DNA from: Gammaproteobacteria bacterium
GTDB lineage: Bacteria; Pseudomonadota; Gammaproteobacteria; Eutrophobiales; Eutrophobiaceae
Length of the DNA: 64,000 nt
Assembly: GCA_965243105.1 (NCBI GenBank)
Contig: CBDEUC010000003.1
Location: forward strand, 769,217-833,216
Direction of reading: 5' to 3'
Part shown: positions 37,231-46,780 of the stretch, in pieces
Position numbering within the stretch: the stretch's first letter is position 1
How the letters are laid out: each line of letters starts with the position of its first letter
Translations under genes and position numbers: made by a program
Notes under the pieces: model-generated
Seen by the model: the letters and a program-made list of their open reading frames with translations, nothing else
Database searches by the model: none
What the model was told of the DNA's origin: nothing

Positions 37231-39351
37231 TTAGAATCTGTATCTAACAAGCAACTGGATTTCGTCTTCGTGCTGGGCCATGCCAATTGGGCCAGACTTG
37301 AAGCGGCCCAGTGGTTCAAAGCCGCGACGAATACCGATACTGGAAAACTCACCACCACCGGGGAAACAAGCCGGCCCGGGAGCTGTTGCATCACAGGCTG
37401 GGCCTGCGGTAAACGGAGGCAGGGAGTTGGATGTACGACCGTCATCTGATTCACGATGACCCGTACCAAACTTGAAGTTACCCGCCAGGGTGATTCTCCA
37501 GTTATCGTTGACCAGCCAGTCAACCCCGGGAGATATCACACCCGCCTGTGCGCCGGTGTCATACGCCGTGATGACGCGTGGCAATACCCGGTCGTTGGCA
37601 TAGAACCCTTGAAACAGGAAGGTAGCAATGTAGTTATCTTTCCAGTCCTGGAATCCAATCTGGTGCCCAAACGGCGTGGTAATGGATTCGTGATCCAGGA
37701 TATGTTGACCAAACAGCTGCGCGGACAACAGGAAGGTTCGGTTCGGGTTAAGGAAACGGATATATGTTGGCCTGTCCCATCCAATGACCCAACGCAGTAC
37801 GTTGGATTCAGAAAACAGCCTGAACTGCGAGGTGTCGGCAAACTCCTCGCCGGAGGTATGTGCCACCTCGACCCTGATGGCAGACTTGATCGGGTCAATA
37901 TAGAAGTCGGCAGAACCACCAACCAGGTTCACACGTGGAAAGTGCACGTCAAAGGCTGGCACAAATCCGCGGGTTCGCAAAGCTCCCGGAACGTCTGTCG
38001 GATCAAAGGGGTTAAAGCCAAGCGGACAGAGTGCGAAATCCGGGCTCACAGCAGCAGGCGGACAACCAGCAGCAGGAATGGTTGAACCTACGAAGGGGTT
38101 GCGCGTTGGAATACCACCACGCAGGGACGGCAACTGTGAGTAGTAACTCAGGAAGTTAACAGAGAAACCTACGCTCTTGAACACACCCTCGATACGGAAA
38201 CCACCCTGGTCAGCCTTCCAGTCAGGGATATTCACATTACGAATACCGATGGTCTGGGCCGGGAAGTCCGTTGCCAGGTTTCCTTCGGTGGCAAGGCCCG
38301 TGGCAAAGTTACTTACCGTACAACCGTTCTGCCAGCAGTTACCCAGCGCCCTGAAAAGGTCACCGGCAAGCAGGATGTTGTAAGGCATACCACCCTGACC
38401 AAGGAAGTTGGGTCGGAATTTTTCAAAGTTCCAGATGAGCTGGAAGTTCAGGTCATCAAAGGCACCCACTGCACCGGCGCGATACTCGGCGGAGAAAATG
38501 CCCACCGGAATACGTGAGTCTTCCAGTTCTTCGTAAATGTTCTGGATGGAATAGTCGACCGGGTTAACCACGTCGAGGACTCGAAACAGGTCAGTACGAC
38601 CCCAGACAACCTGCTGGCGGCCAACGCGAAAGTTAATTTCGTCACCATTGTCAAAAGGCATGGTGGCATCAATGTACATTTCACGAAGGAAACCAAGACG
38701 GCTGGTGAACTCGGGAAAGCGCAAATCATTTTCATCCCAGTTCATGTAGCCCGGCAAACAGCCGCGGGAGTCAACATCGCAGGGGCGGGTCGGGGTGTAG
38801 AAATCGAGACCGCCACCAAAGGCGCCGTTGTTATTGCTGTTACCCAGTTCGCTACTGACTCGTTTCAGACCCTCGTTGGGGTTTGCGGTCAGGTCAAAAC
38901 CAAAGTCACCACCGCCGGGTAGCAGGGGAACACCGGCCGTTACTGGTGAAGCACCCCAGGCTGTCTCATTGGGAAACACTAGAGAGGGCAGGTTTGTCAC
39001 CGGTACCGTGCTGCCGGAGCTGCGCCCCATCACTGCACCACCGGAGTCATCACCGTATTCATCAGAGTTGAGATCGTACACACCGTCGTATACCGCGCGG
39101 AAGGTACCGTGCATGGATATCTCTGAGAAAACACCGTTGGGTTTAAAAATCTTTGACCACTCGACCTGTCCACGGACACGTTGCTTGGACAGGCCATAGT
39201 CAAATCGACCATGGGTGGTACTGTCCACGAACCCGTGTACTTCAAGTGAACCATCCTTGGAGTTCCAGGCGCCAACCTGGGTCGATGTACTTGCAAGGAA
39301 TGCAAGGATTACCACACTGAGAAAGCGTGTGTTTGAGCACGGCTTTATCAT
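37231..39351 (-). CDS. DUF1302-family outer membrane beta-barrel protein
   Basis: Signal peptide; 'LREMYID', 'RVGRQQVVWGRTDLFRVLDVVNPVDYS', 'ELEDSRIP'; C-terminal 'EIQLLVRYRF'; adjacent to DUF1329/RND/YCF48. Confidence 0.85.
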   Translation of the reverse strand: MIKPCSNTRFLSVVILAFLASTSTQVGAWNSKDGSLEVHGFVDSTTHGRFDYGLSKQRVRGQVEWSKIFKPNGVFSEISMHGTFRAVYDGVYDLNSDEYGDDSGGAVMGRSSGSTVPVTNLPSLVFPNETAWGASPVTAGVPLLPGGGDFGFDLTANPNEGLKRVSSELGNSNNNGAFGGGLDFYTPTRPCDVDSRGCLPGYMNWDENDLRFPEFTSRLGFLREMYIDATMPFDNGDEINFRVGRQQVVWGRTDLFRVLDVVNPVDYSIQNIYEELEDSRIPVGIFSAEYRAGAVGAFDDLNFQLIWNFEKFRPNFLGQGGMPYNILLAGDLFRALGNCWQNGCTVSNFATGLATEGNLATDFPAQTIGIRNVNIPDWKADQGGFRIEGVFKSVGFSVNFLSYYSQLPSLRGGIPTRNPFVGSTIPAAGCPPAAVSPDFALCPLGFNPFDPTDVPGALRTRGFVPAFDVHFPRVNLVGGSADFYIDPIKSAIRVEVAHTSGEEFADTSQFRLFSESNVLRWVIGWDRPTYIRFLNPNRTFLLSAQLFGQHILDHESITTPFGHQIGFQDWKDNYIATFLFQGFYANDRVLPRVITAYDTGAQAGVISPGVDWLVNDNWRITLAGNFKFGTGHRESDDGRTSNSLPPFTAGPACDATAPGPACFPGGGEFSSIGIRRGFEPLGRFKSGPIGMAQHEDEIQLLVRYRF

Positions 39352-39389
39352 AACTTCCCCCTCATCTATCGTTATGTCGTGACTATTAG

Positions 39390-39405
39390 AAAATATCGAT
39401 ATTTT
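39390..39405. promoter_or_regulatory. Palindromic operator, copy 1 (putative GntR/FCD site)
   Basis: Perfect palindrome AAAATATCGATATTTT about 40 nt upstream of DUF1302; identical copies at 49628 and 59818. Confidence 0.8.
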
Positions 39406-39543
39406 TGTACTATAACTATTTTTTCAACAATTACTACCGCTTTTTAGCCTTTCTACTACGGGTAATTTTCCTGCACTTTACCTCTTATATTTCAGCAACT
39501 TACGAGTTGTATTTTTTACACAATTCGAATCCTGGCGACCATC

Positions 39544-41922
39544 CTAGACCTCGTGCACATGATCCTTCTCGCTCCAGTGCTCTTTCGCCGCATCCATGAT
39601 GAACTTCGGCTTGAAGATATCCACCCAGGCCGGCACCAGGAACATGGCGGAACAGGCATTGAGTACCAGCATAATGATGAGCAGGCGCGCCGCATCAGCC
39701 TGGAACCTGAGGTCAGAAATAAACACCCACATGATAATGCCGCCTATAAGCGTGGTCGCGGTAAAAGCAATAGCCACACCCGTGGTACCCACGGCGCGCG
39801 TGACCGCTTCCTGCAGGTTACTGGCAAAGTGCATCTCCTCCTTGATACGGTCCATCATGTAAATGGCATAGTCCACGCCGAGCCCGATACCTACAGCAAT
39901 CATGGGCACCGTGTTGACGTTCAGACCCATATCAAGAATACCCATGCAGGCGTAGGTGAGAGTCGTGGCGAAACCCATGGAAGCGAGCATCATCACACCA
40001 CTGTGCACGGTACCGTAAAACCAGAAGGTAAATGCGAGGATAAGAAGCAGCACTGCAGGCACCACGATGAGGTTGGTTTCGTATGCCTCTTCGTCAATGG
40101 CTGCCGTCACACCCACCGGGCCACCGGCAAGATCAATTTGTAGTCCTTCCACCTGGTTAGCCGGATCGTTAATCCATTCCTTCGCCATGTGAATGGAACG
40201 TCGTATGGTTTCACCGGTGTGATCCTTGTAGTAGAAAACCATGTTGGCGATCTTTTCATCGGTATCGATGTATTCAAGCAATGCGCCCGGTGTCGGAGCT
40301 GACATCATGTACATGAACATCAGCCCACCAATATTGGAATTCACCGTGGGCACCACGCCCCAGCGTGGATCGTCATTGCGGGTCATCTGGTTGACCTGTT
40401 TGATCAAATCATTAACACCCTTTACACCACCGAGGTTGGGATCCAGCATCATGTGGTTTTTAAAATCGGTTAGTGCTTTCAGTACTTCCGGTCGCTTCAA
40501 TCCACCCTTCTCATCAGCGCGGGCAATAATAAACATTTCTTCAGAACCGGGAAAACTGCTATTGATGGTTTCAGAGGAAATGTTGTAGTCATGATCGCGA
40601 TAAAGCAGGGGTGAGCCCGGTTCCGGTTCGCCGACCTTGACTTCCTTGGCCATGTAGCTGGCACCAATGGAGATCAACAGGCAGGCAATCAGTACATTAC
40701 GGGAACGCTTCTGCGTAGAGACAACCAGCGCCAGCTTGGGAAAGATCTTGCGAATCACCGTTGTCTTCAGGGCCGTGTTCTTCGGTCGCGGTAACTCCGC
40801 CAGCGTCATGGGAATCACGATGAGTACGGTAACCACCATGATGAGCGCCCAGAAAGACGCGTACACTGCCATCTTGTCATTGATAGGCACCGATCCCAGT
40901 CCAATGAGGTATAGCGCAGCCGCGTCAGCAACGATGGCCAGCGCACCCGGACGGAACAGCGAGTTAAAGGTATTCCTCGCCGCCTGGATGGTGTCTTCAG
41001 TGAGTGAAAGCTCGAGAAAGTAGCGCTCGATTTTCTGGATACCGTGGGACATGGAACGTGCAGAAATCAGGAAAGGCACAACCAGCATCAATGGATCCAG
41101 GTTGTAGCCAAACAGGCCCATGAAGCCCACACCCCAGATGGTGGTCAGGATCATCCCCAGTAGTGGCAGGAAAATGCCGTAAACACGCCGGGTATAGACA
41201 ACCAGTATGGCGAGCACGATGAGAATGGTGATACTGAAAATCTGCAGGATTTGCCCACTGTAGGAATCTACCCAGCCCACCAGCACCGGGTTACCGGTAG
41301 CGTGAATAGTCACGCCGGGTGCGGACTCTTCTTCGCGAATTTTCTGTAACTCGTCAAACACAACCCGGTAACGCAGCTGGCCCTCGTTGAGCGTGCCTTT
41401 TACCAGGGCGGATTTAAGATCCGGTGATACAAGCAGGCCGTAGACGTTATTACTTGAAATGACGTCGCGCTGGATCTTTGCCAGCTCTTCTTCAGTGTAT
41501 TCACCACGCTGGGGGTCATAATAGGTCTTGGATCGAATCGTGCCATCCGGTGTGATCCATATCTTTCGCGTATTTCGATGGGTCAGGCTGGTCACCAGGT
41601 TATGATTGATGTTGGTGACCTCATCGAGCTTTTGCGTGATACGATGAATACGATCCAGCGTGTCATTGTTAAAAATCGTTCCTTCATCCACAGTCACGGA
41701 CATCACGATAATATTCGCGCCGCCAAAGGTGTCGCGGATCTCGTTATGGAGCTTGATGTACTCATGCTCCTGCGGCAGCAGGTCGGCAAAGTCAGACAGC
41801 ATTCTTACCGAGGGGATCTGCCAGGCAAAAAAGGCCGTGATGAGTGCGATAACAGCAAGAACAACCCGCCTGTTATCAAACAGGAAGTTACTTAGCTTGG
41901 GAAAGAAACCGGTATTTTCCAT
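39544..41922 (-). CDS. RND/MMPL-family inner membrane transporter
   Basis: Two repeats of TM1 + periplasmic domain + 5 TM; 'FGGAN', 'VPFLISARSMSHGIQ', 'AVGIGLGVDYAIY', 'SDLRFQAD'; 792 aa. Confidence 0.9.
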   Translation of the reverse strand: MENTGFFPKLSNFLFDNRRVVLAVIALITAFFAWQIPSVRMLSDFADLLPQEHEYIKLHNEIRDTFGGANIIVMSVTVDEGTIFNNDTLDRIHRITQKLDEVTNINHNLVTSLTHRNTRKIWITPDGTIRSKTYYDPQRGEYTEEELAKIQRDVISSNNVYGLLVSPDLKSALVKGTLNEGQLRYRVVFDELQKIREEESAPGVTIHATGNPVLVGWVDSYSGQILQIFSITILIVLAILVVYTRRVYGIFLPLLGMILTTIWGVGFMGLFGYNLDPLMLVVPFLISARSMSHGIQKIERYFLELSLTEDTIQAARNTFNSLFRPGALAIVADAAALYLIGLGSVPINDKMAVYASFWALIMVVTVLIVIPMTLAELPRPKNTALKTTVIRKIFPKLALVVSTQKRSRNVLIACLLISIGASYMAKEVKVGEPEPGSPLLYRDHDYNISSETINSSFPGSEEMFIIARADEKGGLKRPEVLKALTDFKNHMMLDPNLGGVKGVNDLIKQVNQMTRNDDPRWGVVPTVNSNIGGLMFMYMMSAPTPGALLEYIDTDEKIANMVFYYKDHTGETIRRSIHMAKEWINDPANQVEGLQIDLAGGPVGVTAAIDEEAYETNLIVVPAVLLLILAFTFWFYGTVHSGVMMLASMGFATTLTYACMGILDMGLNVNTVPMIAVGIGLGVDYAIYMMDRIKEEMHFASNLQEAVTRAVGTTGVAIAFTATTLIGGIIMWVFISDLRFQADAARLLIIMLVLNACSAMFLVPAWVDIFKPKFIMDAAKEHWSEKDHVHEV

Positions 41923-41925
41923 GGC

Positions 41926-42960
41926 CTACTCCCCCTCACTGTTGGCGGCAAGATTGATGTTCTCGTCGAACAATCCCGCGTACTTTGGTTTAAGCTGGTT
42001 CATATCCAGGATGTGCAGAATTCCGCCAGGCCCCGCAACGAGGACACGGTTGTTTTGCAGGGATACGATGCCGCCAAGATAAAGACGTATGGTCTGTCCA
42101 TGATCCATTTCGGACCACTGGTCGTTTTCCAGGCCCAGAATTTTTCCTTCACCCCCGACAACCAGTAAGGGGCCACTTGTTTTTTCCATGCGAAAAAGTG
42201 AAACCAGGGTATTGCTTTCCTGTGGCGTCCAGCTACGCCCACCGTCGCTGGTATGCAGGATGACGCCGACAAGGCCGACCACCCAGCCCATCTGGCTGTT
42301 TTCAAAATACATGTCCTGTGGATAGAAGTCTTCCTGCATGGGTGGCATGGTCTCCCAGTTCTGGCCACCGTCCGAAGACTTCATCAGGGTACCAAATTCA
42401 CCGCTGACAAATACTTCGTCGTCATTAATAAACTGGATATTGTTGAGGATGATGTCTTCCTCGGTCGAGTAAGAGGACCAGCTTGTCCCCTTGTCCGCTG
42501 AGTTCAGTATCGTTGCAAAGGCACCCACGACCCACAGCTTGTTGCTGCTGTCACAGGTAATCGCCTGGGTTGTTTCTTCCGTACCCACTTTTCGCGCATT
42601 CCAGCTGGCGCCGGCATCTTCTGAAATCCACACGTCGCCTTCAAAGGACAGCGCGGCGACCGTCGTATCATCACAGGTGGTGATATCAATCAGGGCCGGG
42701 TAGCCCGGCAGTTCCTGTCGATTCCAGGACTCGCCGTCATCATTGGAACTCAGTACCAGTCCATGGGAACCAACCACGAAGATGTTCTCATCCTGTGCTG
42801 CCACCGCGAGGAATGTATCGGTGCGCCTGGCGTGCTGTTTCTTTGCTTCTTCTACCGCATCCAGTACCAGTGGCGCTTCGCAGGCAGTGAGTAACAAGGA
42901 CAATAAGGCGAATAATGCTAACCTCGATGTCGTGCTACTGTTCAAGTAAAGCTTTTGCAA
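41926..42960 (-). CDS. YCF48/BNR (Asp-box) beta-propeller lipoprotein
   Basis: Lipobox 'LLTAC'; repeated Asp-boxes 'SNDDGESW', 'SEDAGASW', 'SADKGTSW', 'SSDGGQNW', 'TSDGGRSW'; TTG start after GGGGAGAG. Confidence 0.88.
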   Translation of the reverse strand: MQKLYLNSSTTSRLALFALLSLLLTACEAPLVLDAVEEAKKQHARRTDTFLAVAAQDENIFVVGSHGLVLSSNDDGESWNRQELPGYPALIDITTCDDTTVAALSFEGDVWISEDAGASWNARKVGTEETTQAITCDSSNKLWVVGAFATILNSADKGTSWSSYSTEEDIILNNIQFINDDEVFVSGEFGTLMKSSDGGQNWETMPPMQEDFYPQDMYFENSQMGWVVGLVGVILHTSDGGRSWTPQESNTLVSLFRMEKTSGPLLVVGGEGKILGLENDQWSEMDHGQTIRLYLGGIVSLQNNRVLVAGPGGILHILDMNQLKPKYAGLFDENINLAANSEGE

Positions 42961-42989
42961 TTTCTCTCCCCCGAGTAAATTTAATACTG

Positions 42990-43778
42990 CTACACAAAAC
43001 GCATAGAAACCGTGCCAAGATCCTGGCAGCGCATGGTGATGTTATCGCCTTTCTCAACGCCCACTGCCGCGGTGATGCCACCGGTCATGATGAAAGTACC
43101 TGCAGGGATCTCCTCGCCCCTTTCTGCAAGCATGTTGGCGAGCATGGCAACACTGGCTGCGGGATGACCTAACACAGCTGCCCCTGCTCCGAGTTCAACC
43201 ACTTCGCCATTTTTCTCCAGCACAACACCCAGGGTCGGCAGGTCCAGGTTTTCTACTTTGGCAATGTTGCTGCCCGTAACAAAACCCGCGGCAGAGGTGT
43301 TATCAGCAATCACGCTTTTGAGATCAAATTTAAAATCCTTGTAGCGTGAATCGATGATTTCGACTGCAGGAATGACAAAGTCGATCGCGGCCAGCACAGA
43401 ACCTATGTGGCAACCCGGTCCTTTAAGAGTTTTCTTGGTCATCACCGCCACTTCACCTTCAATACGAGGGTGAATAAATTTTGATGTATCGATCTCTGCA
43501 CCATCGGCATGGGAACCATAGTCAGTAAGAAAACCAAACACCGGTGTCTCTACACCCATCTGTTTCATCTTGGCATGGGATGTCAGACCCATCTTGAGGC
43601 CGGCGAGGCCGGTGCCACGATCCAGCTTTCGTTGCCTGATGGCATATTGGATAGCGTAGGCGTCGTCCCAGTCCATATCCGGATGGTCGTCGGTAATCTT
43701 GGTGATAGCCGACTTGTTCAGCTCAGCGTTCTCGACATGCTCCGCCAGGGAAGCGATAGTTTTTTCATCTAAATTCAT
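42990..43778 (-). CDS. dmpH: 4-oxalocrotonate (2-oxo-3-hexenedioate) decarboxylase
   Basis: '[17 protein letters not shown]', 'IHPRIEGEV', '[23 protein letters not shown]', 'TGGITAA'. Confidence 0.92.
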   Translation of the reverse strand: MNLDEKTIASLAEHVENAELNKSAITKITDDHPDMDWDDAYAIQYAIRQRKLDRGTGLAGLKMGLTSHAKMKQMGVETPVFGFLTDYGSHADGAEIDTSKFIHPRIEGEVAVMTKKTLKGPGCHIGSVLAAIDFVIPAVEIIDSRYKDFKFDLKSVIADNTSAAGFVTGSNIAKVENLDLPTLGVVLEKNGEVVELGAGAAVLGHPAASVAMLANMLAERGEEIPAGTFIMTGGITAAVGVEKGDNITMRCQDLGTVSMRFV

Positions 43779-44818
43779 GCGTTCGCACCTTCTTCGGTTT
43801 CAAGGGCTTTTTTCATATTCAATGCCACGTCTTCGATCATGTCTTCCTGCCCGCCAACGGTTTTCATTCGACCTAGTTCAACCAGGATTTTTTCTGAAGG
43901 CACGCCGTGTTTCTCACCGGCGCGCTTGGCATGTAAAAGGAAAGAGGAATAAACACCGGCATAGCCCATGACGAGGGAGTCACGATCTACCCTGATGGCC
44001 TGGTCCATCATCGGCACGACCAGTTCCTCAGCCGCGTCCATTAACTTGAAGACATCAACACCGGTTTCAACACCCATGCGGTCCAGCACGGCATTAAAAA
44101 CTTCAAGGGGTGTGTTGCCAGCGCCGGCACCGAGGCCAGCGGCGGAACCATCAATCCTGTCAGCACCTGCTTCGATTGCAGCAAGCGAGTTTGCTACGCC
44201 CATGGCAAGGTTGTGATGACCGTGAAAACCGATCTCGGTTTCCGGCTTGAGGTGCTCTCTCAGGGTCGAAATCCTCGCAGTGACATCGTCCGGCAACATG
44301 TAGCCGGCAGAATCCGTGCAATAGATACAGTTGGCGCCATAGCTTTCCATCAACTTCGCCTGTTCAAGCAAACCATCGGGCTCGTTCATATGCGCCATCA
44401 TCAGGAAACCGACAGTATCCATTTCCAGTTTACGTGCCAGGGCAATGTGTTGCTCGGAGACATCGGCCTCGGTGCAGTGGGTTGCAACACGCATTGTGTG
44501 TACGCCAATTTCATAGGCCATGTTGAGATGATCAACCGTCGCGATACCCGGAAGCAGGAGTGCAGAAATTTTTGCCTGCTTCATTTTTGGAATCACTGCG
44601 CCGAGGTACTCTTCATCGGAATTGCAGGGGAATCCATAATTAATGGATGAACCACCCAGTCCATCACCGTGGGTTACTTCAATAAGCGGTATACCCGCTT
44701 CGTCCAGCGCTGATGCCACGCTGACCATTTCATCCAGGGTGATCTGGTGACGCTTGGCATGCATGCCATCGCGCAGGCACATATCGTGCAGTTTTACTTT
44801 CTTTCCTCTTAAATCCAT
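43775..44818 (-). CDS. dmpG: 4-hydroxy-2-oxovalerate aldolase
   Basis: '[11 protein letters not shown]', '[11 protein letters not shown]', '[15 protein letters not shown]', 'GFHGHHNL', '[10 protein letters not shown]', 'VGGQEDMI'. Confidence 0.96.
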   Translation of the reverse strand: MDLRGKKVKLHDMCLRDGMHAKRHQITLDEMVSVASALDEAGIPLIEVTHGDGLGGSSINYGFPCNSDEEYLGAVIPKMKQAKISALLLPGIATVDHLNMAYEIGVHTMRVATHCTEADVSEQHIALARKLEMDTVGFLMMAHMNEPDGLLEQAKLMESYGANCIYCTDSAGYMLPDDVTARISTLREHLKPETEIGFHGHHNLAMGVANSLAAIEAGADRIDGSAAGLGAGAGNTPLEVFNAVLDRMGVETGVDVFKLMDAAEELVVPMMDQAIRVDRDSLVMGYAGVYSSFLLHAKRAGEKHGVPSEKILVELGRMKTVGGQEDMIEDVALNMKKALETEEGANA

Positions 44819-44829
44819 CTTGTTTTTCC

Positions 44830-45738
44830 TCAGGCGTTAACCGCTTCAAGGGTGATTTCGCCGTTAACAATTTCCTCGGCAAACATTTCTGCTGTTCTCA
44901 AAGCAGCAGCGGTCATGATGTCCAGGTTGCCGGCATAATTTGGCAGGTAGTCTCCAAGACCTTCCACTTCCAGGAATATGGAGACACGCTTACCGTCAAA
45001 CACGGGACCGTTCTTCAGCGTATAGCCAGGCACATATTTTTGAACTTCCTTGATCATGTCATGCACCGATCTTGTGATCGCCTCTTCATCGGGATCGTCC
45101 TTAACAAGACAGTGCACTGTGTCGCGCATGATGATGGGTGGTTCTGCAGGATTGAGAATAATGATGGCCTTGCCCTTATCGGCTCCGCCAATCTCTGCAA
45201 CGGCGCCTGCGGTGGTGCGGGTAAATTCATCAATATTCTTTCTTGTGCCGGGACCGGCGGACTTTGAAGATACAGTGGCGACGATCTCGCCGTATTCGAC
45301 GGGCTGCACGCGACTCACCGCGGCCACCATGGGAATAGTCGCCTGTCCGCCACAGGTCACCATGTTGACATTCATTTCGCGCTTGCCCACGTGATCGGAC
45401 AGGTTCACCGGTGGAACGCAGTAAGGTCCAATAGCGGCGGGTGTCAGGTCAATCATCATGGCGCCCTTTGACTGTACTTTTTTTGAATTCTCCTCGTGTA
45501 CGTAGGCAGAAGTCGCGTCAAAGGCAATTTGAATATTGTCTTCGATCATGTGCGGCAGTAAGCCATCAACACCTTCATGGGTGGTCTTTAAACCCGCTTC
45601 CCTGGCCTTTGCCAGGCCATCGGAGTCAGGATCAATGCCCACCATCCACACCGGGTTGATCCACTCACTGCGCAGTGCCTTGATCATCAGGTCAGTTCCA
45701 ATGTTGCCGGAACCAATCAGTGCTGCGTTAACCTTCAT
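44830..45738 (-). CDS. dmpF: Acetaldehyde dehydrogenase (acylating)
   Basis: '[10 protein letters not shown]', 'DATSA', '[10 protein letters not shown]', '[12 protein letters not shown]', '[13 protein letters not shown]', 'YAGNLDIMT'. Confidence 0.96.
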   Translation of the reverse strand: MKVNAALIGSGNIGTDLMIKALRSEWINPVWMVGIDPDSDGLAKAREAGLKTTHEGVDGLLPHMIEDNIQIAFDATSAYVHEENSKKVQSKGAMMIDLTPAAIGPYCVPPVNLSDHVGKREMNVNMVTCGGQATIPMVAAVSRVQPVEYGEIVATVSSKSAGPGTRKNIDEFTRTTAGAVAEIGGADKGKAIIILNPAEPPIIMRDTVHCLVKDDPDEEAITRSVHDMIKEVQKYVPGYTLKNGPVFDGKRVSIFLEVEGLGDYLPNYAGNLDIMTAAALRTAEMFAEEIVNGEITLEAVNA

Positions 45739-45779
45739 TTCACATTTCCTCTACTTACATTAGCCGCTTCAATTGATTA

Positions 45780-45880
45780 AGTTTGCATGTACAAAAGAGC
45801 TGACCTTCAGTGGCATGGATGCCACTGTTGAGCGTACATGGATGTATTCACAGCGCGTCAGCGTTTTGTGCATGCGAACT
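45780..45880. repeat. About 100-bp structured intergenic repeat, copy A
   Basis: Outer IR agtttgcatgtacaaaa/ttttgtgcatgcgaact, inner gctgac/gtcagc, hairpins cagtggc-ATGGAT-gccactg and tac-ATGGAT-gta; homologous to 53341..53448. Confidence 0.85.
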
Positions 45881-45887
45881 AAAACTT

Positions 45888-46673
45888 TTAAGTAAATCTC
45901 ACCGACGCCGTACCGATACCGCCGACGGATAAATGCATGGAATCACCGGGCACTATGGCGTGCAGTGGTACCAGGGAACCGGACAGTATTACTTCTCCCG
46001 CTTCCAGCTTGATGCCAAATTCTCCCAGCGTATTGGCCAGCCAGGCGACACAATTTACCGGTGAACCCAGTGCCGCAGCACCGGCACCTGTTGCTATCAC
46101 TTCGCCGTTTTTCTCGTGCACCATGCCACAGGTGACGAGATCCACCTTGTCCGGGCTCACCGCCCTGTCACCCAGTACGAATAAGCCACAGGAGGCATTG
46201 TCAGACACGGTGTCCTGGATCTTTATTTTCCAGTCCTTGATGCGTGAATCGACGATTTCAAAGCAGGGCATTACACATTCCGTGGCACGGATGACGTCGG
46301 CATTTGTGACACCCGGGCCTTCAAGATCATGCTTCAGGATGAAAGCAATCTCCCCTTCTGCCTTGGGCTGGATCAACTGCTCGCTGATTGGCATTTCGGT
46401 GCCATTGTCATACACCATGCGATCCGTGAGATAACCAAAATCCGGCTGGTGCACGTTGAGCATGTTCTGCACCGCCTTGCTGGTCACACCGATTTTCTTT
46501 CCAATAATCTTTTCGCCATCATCAAGACGACGCTGCAGCATCTGCAAAGAAATGTGATAGGCATCCTCGATGGTGATATCACTTTCCTGGTCAGTGATGG
46601 GATCGATAGTGGTCCTGTTTTTCATACACTCAAAAAGTGTATCGCCGTAATGCTTTATTTTTTCTTTGTCCAT
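45888..46673 (-). CDS. dmpE: 2-oxopent-4-enoate (2-keto-4-pentenoate) hydratase
   Basis: 'GKKIGVTSKAVQNMLNVHQPDFGYL', 'IQPKAEGEIAF', 'EIVDSRIKDWKIKIQDTVSDNASCG', 'ILSGSLVP'. Confidence 0.95.
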   Translation of the reverse strand: MDKEKIKHYGDTLFECMKNRTTIDPITDQESDITIEDAYHISLQMLQRRLDDGEKIIGKKIGVTSKAVQNMLNVHQPDFGYLTDRMVYDNGTEMPISEQLIQPKAEGEIAFILKHDLEGPGVTNADVIRATECVMPCFEIVDSRIKDWKIKIQDTVSDNASCGLFVLGDRAVSPDKVDLVTCGMVHEKNGEVIATGAGAAALGSPVNCVAWLANTLGEFGIKLEAGEVILSGSLVPLHAIVPGDSMHLSVGGIGTASVRFT

Positions 46674-46698
46674 TTCCAATCAATTCTCTAGAAAGGTT

Positions 46699-46762
46699 GG
46701 CCGAATAAATTCGGCCCTACGAATGCTTACCTGTTTTATTGTAGGGTCGAATTCATTCGACC
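46699..46762. repeat. GTAG-family REP doublet
   Basis: Reverse GTAGGGCCGAATTTATTCGGCC (46699-46720) and forward GTAGGGTCGAATTCATTCGACC (46741-46762) between dmpC and dmpE. Confidence 0.85.
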
Positions 46763-46780
46763 ATCATTGTCTGTGTGGTT

